DNA of 64,000 nt, from IMG/VR virus record IMGVR_UViG_3300042891_001399. One strand, 5' to 3'. Source of the stretch: an uncultured virus (IMG/VR IMGVR_UViG_3300042891_001399). Taxonomy: Duplodnaviria > Heunggongvirae > Uroviricota > Caudoviricetes. This document shows positions 40,001 through 49,977 of this stretch, piece after piece (positions within the stretch are counted from its first letter, which is position 1; each line of letters starts with the position of its first letter). Position numbers and translations under genes: made by a program. Below the pieces are notes generated by a model. The model had not been told where the DNA came from. It did not search any database and saw nothing but the letters and a program-made list of their open reading frames with translations.

Positions 40001-40669
40001 TGTACCATTAGGATTATCACCAAATATAATACTAGGCGTATTATTATCAGAACCAGCCACTGTTCTGCTGCCTAACCCAACAAAATCAGTTTCCGAACCA
40101 TTAACTATAAATGTATCATAAAGTGATTGAGGAATTGTATTTCCCCAAGCACCACCACCATTTAAAATCCTAGAAAAAGAACCATCATTAGTTAAAATAT
40201 TACCATCATATGTTAATGTACTCCAAGCATATGCTTGATTTGTTGATGAACCAGTAGCTGTTAATATTCTATAATCTGCTGGATTTTGAACCGTATTAAA
40301 TCCTGTACCACTTGTTCCTGAAGATCCACTTGATCCTGAACTACCTGAAGTACCAGATGATCCATTAATACCACTTGTACCAGAAGTTCCACTTGATCCA
40401 GAAGTACCAGCACTACCAGCTGATCCACCTCCACTACTTTTAAGAACTAAATCGCCATCAGCAATACCGCCATAAAACCAATACTCTACAATTGGGTCGG
40501 TATTTACTATAATACCAATTGTTAGACCTTCATATCTATATGAAGCCAATAAGTATGTTGTAGCAGCACTAAGTGCAGCAGAAAGGTTAACACCTGTATA
40601 TGGACCATATTTAGCATCACCTGGTGCTGTTGTCTTTGCAAGTATATTATCACTTAAATTAATTGCCAT
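37079..40669 (-). CDS. large collagen-like (GTS/GSS)n repeat protein, probable tail fibre or virion appendage
   Basis: Five Gly-X-Y repeat blocks separating globular domains; 1196 aa. Confidence 0.75.
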   Translation of the reverse strand: MAINLSDNILAKTTAPGDAKYGPYTGVNLSAALSAATTYLLASYRYEGLTIGIIVNTDPIVEYWFYGGIADGDLVLKSSGGGSAGSAGTSGSSGTSGTSGINGSSGTSGSSGSSGSSGTSGTGFNTVQNPADYRILTATGSSTNQAYAWSTLTYDGNILTNDGSFSRILNGGGAWGNTIPQSLYDTFIVNGSETDFVGLGSRTVAGSDNNTPSIIFGDNPNGTNDLLFTYISYATGPIWTLTDLMKLTYDGQLHLFVTPSNISSNQFLVRDSITGVIGYTASGSIGGSAGTSGTSGSSGTSGVSGSTGSSGTSGTSGSSGTSGINGSNGTSGTSGVNGLDGVSGTSGVSGSSGTSGISGSAGTSGSAGTSGTSGSSGTSGVNGTSGSAGTSGISGSSGTSGTSGSSGTSGISGSSGTSGTSGDIGAPGGIYGSWNWGTSTNTAGRWNSNIGSSTINSSITTLIFNSTDDTGSVAYDDIFDRLTSGSSIVAINPLNGSQKRYWKVVSLVSKVSNLPASSTNTYTFTVSDLMTTNTTSFSYSGTDWVFGLAGSSGTSGVSGSSGTSGASGSSGTSGSSGSSGTSGSSGSSGTSGSSGSSGTSGSSGVSGLDGTTGSSGTSGSSGTSGISGISGSSGTSGTSGTSGLNGLDGISGTSGISGSSGTSGINGSSGTSGINGSSGTSGVSGSSGTSGIDGLSCFSYTVTNTSFSSGSSFDWEDCALPGTVNMYLLLANQTVTLCAVYGTVVTMDPGVVIVNNGICSGSSGTSGSSGSSGTSGISGSSGSSGTSGSSGTSGSSGTSGSNGSSGTSGSSGTSGLNGAPGPNSLIYQNYNTAGVSGGWGAYSAFGTTFSSLTTLGFNETSLINYTGTPGATGNAAQFFTSISVGDRFQMYYADGTGYAIYNVTSAASYLSPVYAIGVSVVSFTGTTPPSSMPKNIVISYVHNGTSGISGSSGTSGSSGTSGTSGTSGSNGSSGTSGSSGTSGSSGTSGSSGTSGTSGSSGTSGSSGTSGTSGTSGLAGTDGSSGTSGVNGTGGGTPLIYGQVILSNNATFSNTNWPNYGSMQIEFDSVEYDSNLRWNTQFKGFDILRDEVFEIGATVTTYSWVGNSAILHIVDLTNNQVIKSVMSHSAATTDYEVSISIDCIYKNNIDSDNIRVGIFLEGTGTSWTVTADYGPSLAHQPNKTSTNLTYFWIHKIA

Positions 40670-40689
40670 TGATGTATTTATTAATTTTA

Positions 40690-42840
40690 TTATGCTATAG
40701 TAGCAGTTCCTAATGTAGTAACTTTATTCGCTGGATATATTTTAAATGTGACAGTCCAGTAACCATCAGATGAAATAACAGATAATGGTGTTGTTGGTGC
40801 TGCAAATAAGTCAGTTACACCACCAATATTACCGTTATTAAGAGCATTTTCATACCAAGTTGATTTAGTAGGATAAACACTATAAACAGCAAACCAGGGC
40901 CACTCACCAGTTGCACTAAAGTTCATACTTAAACTACCAGCACCATTATTTACAACTTTTGTAAATCCTGTTCCTGATTGAATGATAGTAACAATATCAG
41001 AAGCCGACTTCTGTGTAGATGTTTTACCATAGAAGTAAGGATAGTATCCGGTAATAGTTTGACCATTTGAAGCAAAGTTAGTATCAGATGCTTGTGGTGA
41101 TAAAGTACTTCTAACAGCAGGAGATGCACTATGAGTAACGCCTTTATTATTTTTCTTAGCTAAACCAGCTGTATAATTACCAAGTCCTGAATAAGCAACT
41201 GTACTACTTCCACCTGAAGCAGGAGCAGGTACAACTAAACCAGAATCTGTTGTTGATATAGCATATGAGAAGTTAGGGTTATTAGGATCAACATATCCAA
41301 ATTGACTAGCAATTGCAGAAGCTGATGTTACAGTCATACTACTTGTTGCAGATACGGTAAGTAATGTTGATGAACCACCACCATTCACTGATTTTTGAAT
41401 TACTAATTGTGAGAAATAGTTAGCATCATTTTCAATACCTGTTAATGTAATAGCAGGTGATATAGTTTCACCTACTTCTTTAATACCAGTTATTGTAGAA
41501 GATAATCCTATTGTAGGTATAGTATATGTCGGAGTTACAGTAGGGAATAATAAGTCATCAAATAGTTGAACAAGGTTTAATCCAGATAAAGTTCCAGCTG
41601 TTGTTCCTGATGCAATACCACCAACTGTATTAGGCATTGCTAAAGATGGATCTAAAGCTGTATTATAAGTAGTATCTATTGTACTATTGGTAGAACCATA
41701 TGATATACTAATACCACTATTTGGATCAGTTATAACACCAGCGGGTGAACCACTAACACCTGATGTACCTGATGAGCCAGAAGTTCCTGATGAGCCAGAA
41801 GTTCCTGATGAACCAGTAGATCCATTAATACCCGAAGTACCGGAGATACCATCTAAACCATTAACACCTGAAGTCCCTGATGTGCCACTTGAACCTGAAG
41901 TTCCACTTGTACCGGAATATCCTGATATACCGCTTGTACCGGAAGATCCTGAAGTTCCACTTGTACCGGAAGATCCTGATGTACCGCTTGTACCGGAAGA
42001 TCCTGATGTACCGCTTGTACCGGAAGATCCTGAAGTTCCACTTGTGCCGGAAGATCCTGAAGTTCCACTTGTGCCGGAAGATCCTGAAGTTCCACTTGTG
42101 CCGGAAGATCCTGAAGTTCCACTTGTACCGGAAGATCCTGAAGTACCAGCAGAGCCACCACTACCACTGCTACTAAATGTATAATTATTTAATCTTTGAC
42201 CTACATATTGCCAAGCTATAACTCTTGGTCCACCAGTTGATGTATTTTGAATATAAGCTTGTTTTGATCCATCAGCTGTAAGCTCAAAAGTAGACTTGTT
42301 AAATACAAAACCTAATCCATTACCACTATCTTTTGGTGTAAAACCAACATCAAATCTAATTAAACCTGAAAAGTAATCTACATCATAAAAAGCACTACCA
42401 TAAGATATAGAAGTTGTGCCATCATTTCTAAACATTTGAAGTTCATATCCAAAAGAAGGAGCACCTGCGCTATTTGGAACATCGGATGGATTTATTAGTG
42501 ACTTTACCCAGTCAACTGAAGGAATAAAACCATCAGCCGCAGGTTGTGGAGTTCCTGTATCAATAAACCAAGTTTGATAATTTGTATTTGTTAGGGGATA
42601 TAAATAAGAAGGATTAGAAGAAGTGCCTATTTGTTTAACTATAGTACCATCAGCATATTGAGAAGCAGAAGCAGAAGTAGGCGCATAGGATATTGAATCC
42701 ATCCAAACTTCATTAGATCTGACGTTGTGCGCACTCTTATACTTTTCATTACCAACTAAAAAAGTTGACTCTGTTAATACTTTACCAAGTGAATGGTAAA
42801 AAGCTGCATTTATTTTGCTATTTTGAATACTATTTGGCAT
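40690..42840 (-). CDS. collagen-like repeat structural protein
   Basis: (GTSGSSGTS)n block; S/T-rich beta domains. Confidence 0.7.
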   Translation of the reverse strand: MPNSIQNSKINAAFYHSLGKVLTESTFLVGNEKYKSAHNVRSNEVWMDSISYAPTSASASQYADGTIVKQIGTSSNPSYLYPLTNTNYQTWFIDTGTPQPAADGFIPSVDWVKSLINPSDVPNSAGAPSFGYELQMFRNDGTTSISYGSAFYDVDYFSGLIRFDVGFTPKDSGNGLGFVFNKSTFELTADGSKQAYIQNTSTGGPRVIAWQYVGQRLNNYTFSSSGSGGSAGTSGSSGTSGTSGSSGTSGTSGSSGTSGTSGSSGTSGTSGSSGTSGTSGSSGTSGTSGSSGTSGTSGSSGTSGISGYSGTSGTSGSSGTSGTSGVNGLDGISGTSGINGSTGSSGTSGSSGTSGSSGTSGVSGSPAGVITDPNSGISISYGSTNSTIDTTYNTALDPSLAMPNTVGGIASGTTAGTLSGLNLVQLFDDLLFPTVTPTYTIPTIGLSSTITGIKEVGETISPAITLTGIENDANYFSQLVIQKSVNGGGSSTLLTVSATSSMTVTSASAIASQFGYVDPNNPNFSYAISTTDSGLVVPAPASGGSSTVAYSGLGNYTAGLAKKNNKGVTHSASPAVRSTLSPQASDTNFASNGQTITGYYPYFYGKTSTQKSASDIVTIIQSGTGFTKVVNNGAGSLSMNFSATGEWPWFAVYSVYPTKSTWYENALNNGNIGGVTDLFAAPTTPLSVISSDGYWTVTFKIYPANKVTTLGTATIA
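41745..42170 (-). repeat. 27-nt coding tandem repeat (GTSGSSGTS)n
   Basis: Near-perfect units ccggaagatcctgaagttccacttgt[a/g]. Confidence 0.9.
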
Positions 42841-42884
42841 ATATTGTATATATTTTATGTATCAACTCGTAATCTTAACTATTA

Positions 42885-43058
42885 TTAGTTTAGTTCATTA
42901 TTATCTGATATTGACTTTAATCTAATCGCAATTTTTTCAAATTGTTCTTTTGTAACATTTAGATTATGGTAAACATCACCTAACTGTATAGACAAAACAT
43001 ACATATCTTGTCCAGTTCTTGGATCTATAAAGACCTTATTAATTTTTACATCAAACAT
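42885..43058 (-). CDS. small hypothetical protein (57 aa)
   Basis: MFDVKINKVFIDPRTGQDMYVLSIQLGD...; fills the gap between structural genes. Confidence 0.55.
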   Translation of the reverse strand: MFDVKINKVFIDPRTGQDMYVLSIQLGDVYHNLNVTKEQFEKIAIRLKSISDNNELN

Positions 43059-43077
43059 TTATTTTATTTTATTTTTT

Positions 43078-45573
43078 TTAACTAAAGGTTATATTTGTTA
43101 TATTTAAATTTTTACCTGTTACAGTATTTTTATATCCTATAAATAACCATATCTTTTTAACAACTGGACTCAAAGTACCTTTTGACCACTGTATATCTTT
43201 AGAAGAGGTAGATTTATTAAGATTGTATGTAATAGGAGCTTGTCTTGTTCCATAAGTTGAAGGGTTACCAGATACAAATAAAAATTTATTTGGAGTTGTA
43301 TTAGTACTACTATCATCAAACCCAACAATGATAACTAAATCAGCTGTACCGGCTGTGCTATTAACACCATCATAATGTAAAACAGACTCACTAAAGTTAC
43401 TATTAAATACAAAAATACCATTAGCAAAAGATGTAGCATAAGAAGCATCTTTACCATAAGAGGTAACGTGCCATCTATAATCATTTAACGTCAATGAGGT
43501 TGTCGCTCCTGTATTGATATCAGTATAAACCGTAAATATCTTATTATCACCTGAAAGTGAAGAATAGTCAACAGAAGCCGTCCAGTTTGTTGTAGGATAA
43601 AAAGCTGTAAAATTACTCTGAGGATAAATAACTCTACCAAAAATGTATTGTAACTCATCAACATTTGTTGTTGATAAAGAAAGAGTTGAATCAAAAGCAG
43701 CAGTACCACTTGATATAACACCAGTAGTTGATAATCTACCTGTTTCACTATCCAATGGATTGTTAGCGTATGTAACACTACTTGGTGAATAAGTATCAAA
43801 CAACATAGCTCTACTAACTGATTGACTAAAACCAACAGTAGACCAATCGTAGATTGTAGATCTAACATAAGAAGTTGCACTTGAACTTATAGTATTATTC
43901 GTAGAAAATCCTGGTATATATGTAGAAGATGAATTTACAGTAGCTGTTTTAGAGAATGTTAAACCTGAATTATTCCAATCAATTGACCACCCAGTTATTA
44001 TACTACCAACACCACTTTTTGTTCCATCAGCATAACCATCTAAAGAACCAGAAACAGCCAAGTTTGTACAAGTAAAATCTATCTGTTTAGTTGTTGGAAA
44101 AGTTTGGTCATTTAATAAGTTTATGTTTGATGCAGTTAAAGCAAATGTTGAACTCATTGCGTAAAATTTAACACCGGAATATTGAACAGTTGTTGGTGTC
44201 AACTCATTAAAATCAGCTCCACCTGATATGTTAGCACTTGAAGAAGATCCATCACTATCATAAAGTATATCTGAACTAGTAAATGAGTATATACCAAATC
44301 CTGCATTACCCGCACCTTCTCCGTTATAATGTTTAACATTCCAACTAAATCTTCCACCATTAGGAAATAAAGTGCCAACAGCAATTGTACCAGAAACATT
44401 AGCCTTATATCTATCACTATCCGGCAAAAAACTATTAACAGTTATTACTAACCCATTTGATGATGTTGAACCCGCTCCATTTATGATGTAATTATCTATA
44501 GATGATAAAATAGAACCATCGTGATTATATAAAGTGAAGCTCATTGTAGTACCATTATTAAAGCAACCAAATTCAGATTCTGTAAATGCAGATAAGTTAC
44601 TTGATGAGTTTATAGCAGGTCTTGTTGTGCTAGCTGAGAAATTTGTAGCAGGTGACCAAGATCCTATTCCAAAATCACCAGAGTTACCTGGTGTAGTGTT
44701 ATAAGTACTATTTGTTGGTTGTGCTATATATCTTGATGTTCCACCACCTAAAGAAGGAGAAAAATAACCAACATAATTAGGAGCAGGTATCCAAACAGTA
44801 ACAGTAGGAGCAGGTCCGGTTACAGAAACACCAGTAGCTGTAGAACCCGGTGATGGAATAGTTACACTACCACCTCTAAATATCATAGTTGAAATTGAGC
44901 TAAATGTTTCTCCGGTGATGTAGTCTACAACATCTAAAGAAGTTCCTGAGCCAGAACCAGCGGGTATCCAAGAAAAATTACCATCTCCAGTATTTGATAA
45001 AACATAACCCGCTGTTGGACCACCACTCATTCCTGTATTTAGATGAGATGCTGTCAGACTTCCTAAATTAATAGTAGCAGAAGCAGATAAACCACCAGAT
45101 ATACTTTGTGTAGCAAAATTTATAGTATCAGTATTGTGAAATTCAACAGTAGAAGAAATACCAGATGTTCCTGAAGATCCTGACGTACCAGATGTTCCTG
45201 AAGTACCCGCAAATCCTGACGTACCAGATGTTCCTGAAGTACCCGCAAATCCTGACGTACCAGATGTTCCTGAAGATCCTGACGTACCAGATGTTCCTGA
45301 AGATCCTGACGTACCAGATGTTCCTGAAGATCCTGACGTACCAGATGTTCCTGAAGATCCTGACGTACCAGATGTTCCTGAAGTTCCACCTCCACCACCT
45401 CCACCACCAGCTTGATGGAATGTATTACCATCATCATCAACAACAACATATTTTATTAAACCGGTTGAACTTGTTATACCTGATATTGTTAAATTACTAA
45501 CTGATAAAGTTCCCGATATACTTTGAGTTGCTAACGAATTATTCGCATTATCTATGATGTATTTAATTGCCAT
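43078..45573 (-). CDS. collagen-like repeat structural protein
   Basis: N-terminal GTSGSS repeats; TAATATATA upstream. Confidence 0.7.
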   Translation of the reverse strand: MAIKYIIDNANNSLATQSISGTLSVSNLTISGITSSTGLIKYVVVDDDGNTFHQAGGGGGGGGTSGTSGTSGSSGTSGTSGSSGTSGTSGSSGTSGTSGSSGTSGTSGFAGTSGTSGTSGFAGTSGTSGTSGSSGTSGISSTVEFHNTDTINFATQSISGGLSASATINLGSLTASHLNTGMSGGPTAGYVLSNTGDGNFSWIPAGSGSGTSLDVVDYITGETFSSISTMIFRGGSVTIPSPGSTATGVSVTGPAPTVTVWIPAPNYVGYFSPSLGGGTSRYIAQPTNSTYNTTPGNSGDFGIGSWSPATNFSASTTRPAINSSSNLSAFTESEFGCFNNGTTMSFTLYNHDGSILSSIDNYIINGAGSTSSNGLVITVNSFLPDSDRYKANVSGTIAVGTLFPNGGRFSWNVKHYNGEGAGNAGFGIYSFTSSDILYDSDGSSSSANISGGADFNELTPTTVQYSGVKFYAMSSTFALTASNINLLNDQTFPTTKQIDFTCTNLAVSGSLDGYADGTKSGVGSIITGWSIDWNNSGLTFSKTATVNSSSTYIPGFSTNNTISSSATSYVRSTIYDWSTVGFSQSVSRAMLFDTYSPSSVTYANNPLDSETGRLSTTGVISSGTAAFDSTLSLSTTNVDELQYIFGRVIYPQSNFTAFYPTTNWTASVDYSSLSGDNKIFTVYTDINTGATTSLTLNDYRWHVTSYGKDASYATSFANGIFVFNSNFSESVLHYDGVNSTAGTADLVIIVGFDDSSTNTTPNKFLFVSGNPSTYGTRQAPITYNLNKSTSSKDIQWSKGTLSPVVKKIWLFIGYKNTVTGKNLNITNITFS
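45160..45385 (-). repeat. 27-nt coding tandem repeat
   Basis: gatcctgacgtaccagatgttcctgaa units. Confidence 0.9.
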
Positions 45574-45630
45574 ATCCTATATATTAAATTTGGTTTTTGA
45601 ATTTATTAAATTATTTAATATATTTGCTAA

Positions 45631-46269
45631 ATGGCATATAACAATTTAAATTATCAAAAATTTTGGGGTAGTTCAGACTTGTTCAAGTTTAAGTTTAAAC
45701 GTGAACCCAAGGTTTGGACTATTGATGAAGTTCATGACTTATATCTTAAAGCTTTAGATAGACACAATAAAAGATTAAAGCTTTGGATTGACTGTGTTGA
45801 TAGAATTGTCAATGAGACTAATGAATTTGAGAAAGATAAAAGAAAAATATTTTTTACAAAAGATGGTAAATTTTATCAAAGAGAACTTAGTAAAAACCAT
45901 GAGTATGACTCTTGGGGAGTTCGTTCCGCAGACTTAGTAAAATTTTCAAGCACCTCAACATTAGTTGATAGAAATGAAAAATTAGAATTCTTACTTTCAA
46001 ATGAAAAGGCATTTGAGCTTGGAGAGTTATATGAATCTTTGCAAGGTAGAACAAGACATCTACACCTTTATGTAAAACAAATTTTATCAGAAATGGTACA
46101 AGATAAATTGAGATTTAAATTTAAAAATTGCGAATCTCCCGAAATGCTTACTATTTCAATTGGTGAAAAAAGATACTATGTTAAATGTGACGACCAATAC
46201 AGACGTAGTAGAATTTATAAAAAATTTGAACTCTTAAATGAGGTAACAGAAGAAATTAAACTAATATAG
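45631..46269 (+). CDS. hypothetical protein
   Basis: ORF; TAtaTTTG promoter. Confidence 0.7.
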   Translation: MAYNNLNYQKFWGSSDLFKFKFKREPKVWTIDEVHDLYLKALDRHNKRLKLWIDCVDRIVNETNEFEKDKRKIFFTKDGKFYQRELSKNHEYDSWGVRSADLVKFSSTSTLVDRNEKLEFLLSNEKAFELGELYESLQGRTRHLHLYVKQILSEMVQDKLRFKFKNCESPEMLTISIGEKRYYVKCDDQYRRSRIYKKFELLNEVTEEIKLI

Positions 46270-46683
46270 TAAACCTTTTGACTTAATTAAAAGTTCACCA
46301 ACAACCTCAATCTCACCCATTAATTCTTGGAATTCAATCTGTTCCATATTAATACCATCAGTTGTAGCATTAACCAACTCATCAACTAAGTCTTCAAAAT
46401 GAGCTTTGGCTCTTGTTACATTAAACTTACCATCAACAGCTTGTTCGTAATAAGGTAATTTAACCTTGAAGTGATGATATGTTAAAAGAGCATCGCCACC
46501 TTTTTCTTCAGCATTATTTACAATTGTAGTAGCACCATCTAATCTATGTTCAGAGAACTCTTCAAATTTTATAATATTATCGTTTGTAGAGTTATCATCT
46601 GAACCAGATGGTTGAGGCGTATCACCACTAACCTGGTGAGGTACTTCAGTTTGAAGTTCGTTAAATCTTTTAAGTTTTTTCAT
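46261..46683 (-). CDS. hypothetical protein, MKKLKRFNE leader
   Basis: ORF; TAATATATA upstream. Confidence 0.7.
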   Translation of the reverse strand: MKKLKRFNELQTEVPHQVSGDTPQPSGSDDNSTNDNIIKFEEFSEHRLDGATTIVNNAEEKGGDALLTYHHFKVKLPYYEQAVDGKFNVTRAKAHFEDLVDELVNATTDGINMEQIEFQELMGEIEVVGELLIKSKGLLY

Positions 46684-46726
46684 AAAGTATATATTAAAAT
46701 TTAAATATTATTTGTATATTTGTTAA

Positions 46727-47068
46727 ATGAGGAATTTTATAATTGCGTTTATTTTAATTATTGTTGGTCAATCATTGGCTTATTTACAACTACAAAGTCA
46801 ATTTTTTTGGACTTGGGCAAAAAATCATCCTTTATTAATGTCAATAACAGGTTTTCCAATTTCTATACTTTTAATTTATTTTACAAAGTATTGCGCTTTA
46901 GCATTTGATGGTCAAGTTTGGCCGGGAAGGCTTATTGGCTTTGCGATTGGTGCAATTGTCTTTGCTTTACTTTCTCACTTTATTATGAATGAGCCATTTA
47001 ACACAAAGACTATAGTTTGTTTATTTTTGGCAGCAGGAATATTATTAGTTCAAGTTCTTTGGAAGTAA
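46727..47068 (+). CDS. 4-TM small membrane protein (SMR/DMT-like)
   Basis: Four hydrophobic helices, 113 aa. Confidence 0.6.
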   Translation: MRNFIIAFILIIVGQSLAYLQLQSQFFWTWAKNHPLLMSITGFPISILLIYFTKYCALAFDGQVWPGRLIGFAIGAIVFALLSHFIMNEPFNTKTIVCLFLAAGILLVQVLWK

Positions 47069-47108
47069 GATATATATGCTAATATATAGTTAAAAGAAAT
47101 ATTTAATT

Positions 47109-47927
47109 ATGAGAAAAATTTTAGTAGCATTTTTACTACTTTTAACAATCGGTCAAGTATCTGCCCAGGTTTCAAAAGATACATCACACTTAAACATAGT
47201 TTCATGGAACATACAAAATTTTGGTAGATCTAAATCTGCTTCAGATACTGTTATGAAATACATATGTGATAAAGTAAAGGGTTATGATATTGTAGCAATA
47301 CAGGAAGTATCAACCTCTGAGTTTGGCGCACAAGCAGTTGCTAAACTTGACGAATTACTAGATAGAACAGGAACATCTTGGGACTATGTAGTATCAGATC
47401 CAACTACTGGTGCTGGTTCTGAAAGATATGCTTATCTATATAAAAAGAGTAAAGTTACATTAAAAGAAAAACCTTGCTTAGAAAAAACATTAGAAGATAA
47501 ATTAAACAGAGAACCTTTCAAAGCCGTTTTTGTATTTAAGGGTAGTGATTATTATCTTTTCAATTTACACTTAGTACCAACAGATAAAAATCCTGCTTTA
47601 GAAGCGGCACATTTGGCTTCTTTAGGTGAAACTTATAAGGGTAAAAAAATTATATTTATGGGTGACTTAAATCTATCACAATCTGATCCAGGGTTTGATG
47701 GTGTTAAAAAGTGGGCTAAACCTACTTTAATTGGTAAAAAGACATCACTTAAAATGAAAGAAGGAGAAGAAGGAGAAAGACTTAATATGGAATATGATAA
47801 CTTTTTTGCTACTACAAATATAATTGTAGCTAAAAGTGATGTTATAAATTTCTTTTCAGAATTTAAAGATTTGAAATTAGCCAGAAAGGTTTCGGACCAC
47901 TGTCCTATTTATTGTGTTATAAAATAA
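47109..47927 (+). CDS. secreted DNase I-like endonuclease/exonuclease/phosphatase
   Basis: SWNIQ, IQEV, ERYAYLY, MGDLN, YDN, SDHCP; signal peptide. Confidence 0.9.
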   Translation: MRKILVAFLLLLTIGQVSAQVSKDTSHLNIVSWNIQNFGRSKSASDTVMKYICDKVKGYDIVAIQEVSTSEFGAQAVAKLDELLDRTGTSWDYVVSDPTTGAGSERYAYLYKKSKVTLKEKPCLEKTLEDKLNREPFKAVFVFKGSDYYLFNLHLVPTDKNPALEAAHLASLGETYKGKKIIFMGDLNLSQSDPGFDGVKKWAKPTLIGKKTSLKMKEGEEGERLNMEYDNFFATTNIIVAKSDVINFFSEFKDLKLARKVSDHCPIYCVIK

Positions 47928-47960
47928 AAGAAACCCACTCAAATTGAGTGGGTTTTTTAT

Positions 47961-49067
47961 TTAATCTCTTGTTAATGGTGGAATATTTAATCCAAAATAA
48001 TCTCCCCATCTTCTTATTAAACCTCTATCATATCCTTTACTAAAATCACCTTGAGTTGAAGTTAATATATGGCCTCTCGTTCTTTGATTTTTATCCATAT
48101 CATTCCAAAGTAAACCAGTAACATAATCATATCTTGAAAATGTATCCATATAAGGATATTTTTCATATTTTAATTTTTTAATCTGAACAGATATTTTAAC
48201 ACCCTGATGTTTTTTACCTTGATAAATTAGAGATTTATTCCAATTTGAAGTACCCGGTGTTCTATAAGCCCATCCTTTCTTTTCAGCAAAAGACATCATT
48301 ACTTTTTCTTGGTGATCTCTTACAGTGTAAACTCTATCCATATAATAAGTAAATCCTAATTGTGGATCACTTGTTTTAATTTTCCAAACTAAAGCTCTAG
48401 CAACTATTTTATCACCAGACTTCATAATAAGTAAATTAACAGATTCTGGATTCTGCGTGTAAATATCAAAGAAGTTTTTATCAACCATACAAGAATTGCC
48501 TAATGATCCACCTGAGTAACAGTTTTCTGATTTATACCACTTTGCAATTTCATCACCACTCACCAATTCAATCTTTTCTTTTAAGTTATCTTGAACAGCT
48601 TTTAATTCATTTACAAATTCTTCAATTTGAGTATCTATTGTAGAAGGTAAAACCTTTTTAATAAACTTACCAATTTTAACAGCATTTTTATTACCGGTAT
48701 AAATTGATAAGTAAGTTCTACCATTTATCTCATTATTATAAATAGTATCATGATATTCTTTATTAGGATTAGTTTGAATATCCAATGGATCACCGGACAT
48801 GGTTGAATGTACCTCAAAATCTTCACTATAAGTTTTTTTAATCTTTTCAATAGCTTTAGCCATTGGATGGAATGTTAAATAACCAACATCTTCAGCAGAG
48901 TTAACAAATGTAATATCTGTGGGTAAGTCTTTCATTTCAAGTTCTAAAAGTTTAGAAGCAATATCAGATCCACCTTCTTTAAGTATCTCTAATTGTTCTC
49001 TAAATGGAGGAGCATAGTAAAGCACAGACTCGTCTATTCTATTAAATTCATTAAAACTCTTAATCAT
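47961..49067 (-). CDS. conserved phage protein with MIKSFNEF..DES leader
   Basis: GSLGNSCM, ARALVW, YMDRVY, YPYMDTF motifs. Confidence 0.65.
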   Translation of the reverse strand: MIKSFNEFNRIDESVLYYAPPFREQLEILKEGGSDIASKLLELEMKDLPTDITFVNSAEDVGYLTFHPMAKAIEKIKKTYSEDFEVHSTMSGDPLDIQTNPNKEYHDTIYNNEINGRTYLSIYTGNKNAVKIGKFIKKVLPSTIDTQIEEFVNELKAVQDNLKEKIELVSGDEIAKWYKSENCYSGGSLGNSCMVDKNFFDIYTQNPESVNLLIMKSGDKIVARALVWKIKTSDPQLGFTYYMDRVYTVRDHQEKVMMSFAEKKGWAYRTPGTSNWNKSLIYQGKKHQGVKISVQIKKLKYEKYPYMDTFSRYDYVTGLLWNDMDKNQRTRGHILTSTQGDFSKGYDRGLIRRWGDYFGLNIPPLTRD

Positions 49068-49204
49068 AAATGTATATATTTATTTCTTAATCTCATTATC
49101 TTTTCATATCTTTGTAATTATGAAAAGACAAGAACTAGCTTGGGATGAATACGGAAACCCCGTAATCATAGAAATTGATGACGATAACAATGTAATTGAT
49201 TCGG

Positions 49205-49525
49205 ATGAATTATTGGATAAACTCAAATAGTGGTGATTATATAGTTGAAGACGGTGGACAACATCGTCTTCATTTAATTTCAAGATGGATGGATAATGTC
49301 TTCCAACCAAGTGAAATCATTGAATTAACTCAATCTCAATTTGAGTCAATTAAAGGTTTCATACCTATTAAAGAAAAGAAATTATTTTCTCGGTTAAATA
49401 CGTTCAATCCGGGTAAAAGATACGCACCTACTTTATCAGATGGTACTAAAGGCAAATCAACAAGAGTTGAAGTACCAACTGTTCAAGACGCAAGAGAACA
49501 AAGGTTAAAAGAATTAGGATTATAA
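49205..49525 (+). CDS. hypothetical protein (C-terminal REQRLKELGL)
   Basis: ORF track. Confidence 0.6.
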   Translation: MNYWINSNSGDYIVEDGGQHRLHLISRWMDNVFQPSEIIELTQSQFESIKGFIPIKEKKLFSRLNTFNPGKRYAPTLSDGTKGKSTRVEVPTVQDAREQRLKELGL

Positions 49526-49977
49526 TGGATGAATTTGTAAAACAAATCACAGATAAGTGGAAAGAAATGATTGATTCTACTACTGTTAGTGGATACTCAC
49601 GCAAAGTAGAATCAGTTAATTACTTCAGAATGGATAAATGGTATACTGGTTATCCAGAGATTGAATTCTGTTATAAAGTTACTTTTAATTTTGAAGATGG
49701 AATCTCCAATTCAATTTATTCTAATGTGACAAATCCTTATATTGATAATGCTAAAGAAAAATGGCATAAAAGAATAGAAGATAGATTTACTAATATGTTT
49801 TGGAATCCATCCGATGAAGTTATGCCAAGAGCCGGTTCTAACTCTGGTGAAACCAAATTTGAAAATAGTAAAGTTGATTATATGACTAATCAAGGTTATA
49901 GATTTATTATTCAGTTTTATCCAAAAGGATTTGTGTCGGAATTTAGAAATGAAAAATTAAAAGAGTTAGGTATATGA
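49525..49977 (+). CDS. hypothetical protein (C-terminal RNEKLKELGI)
   Basis: ORF track. Confidence 0.65.
   Translation: MDEFVKQITDKWKEMIDSTTVSGYSRKVESVNYFRMDKWYTGYPEIEFCYKVTFNFEDGISNSIYSNVTNPYIDNAKEKWHKRIEDRFTNMFWNPSDEVMPRAGSNSGETKFENSKVDYMTNQGYRFIIQFYPKGFVSEFRNEKLKELGI

Noticed and set aside
41745..42170. Regular 27-nt repeats as a CRISPR array
   Set aside because: No unique spacers, in-frame coding repeat, no cas genes in the window
37618..45500. Antisense PDVPE/PEDP ORFs and off-frame ORFs over the GTSGSS blocks
   Set aside because: Shadow frames of the collagen-like repeats
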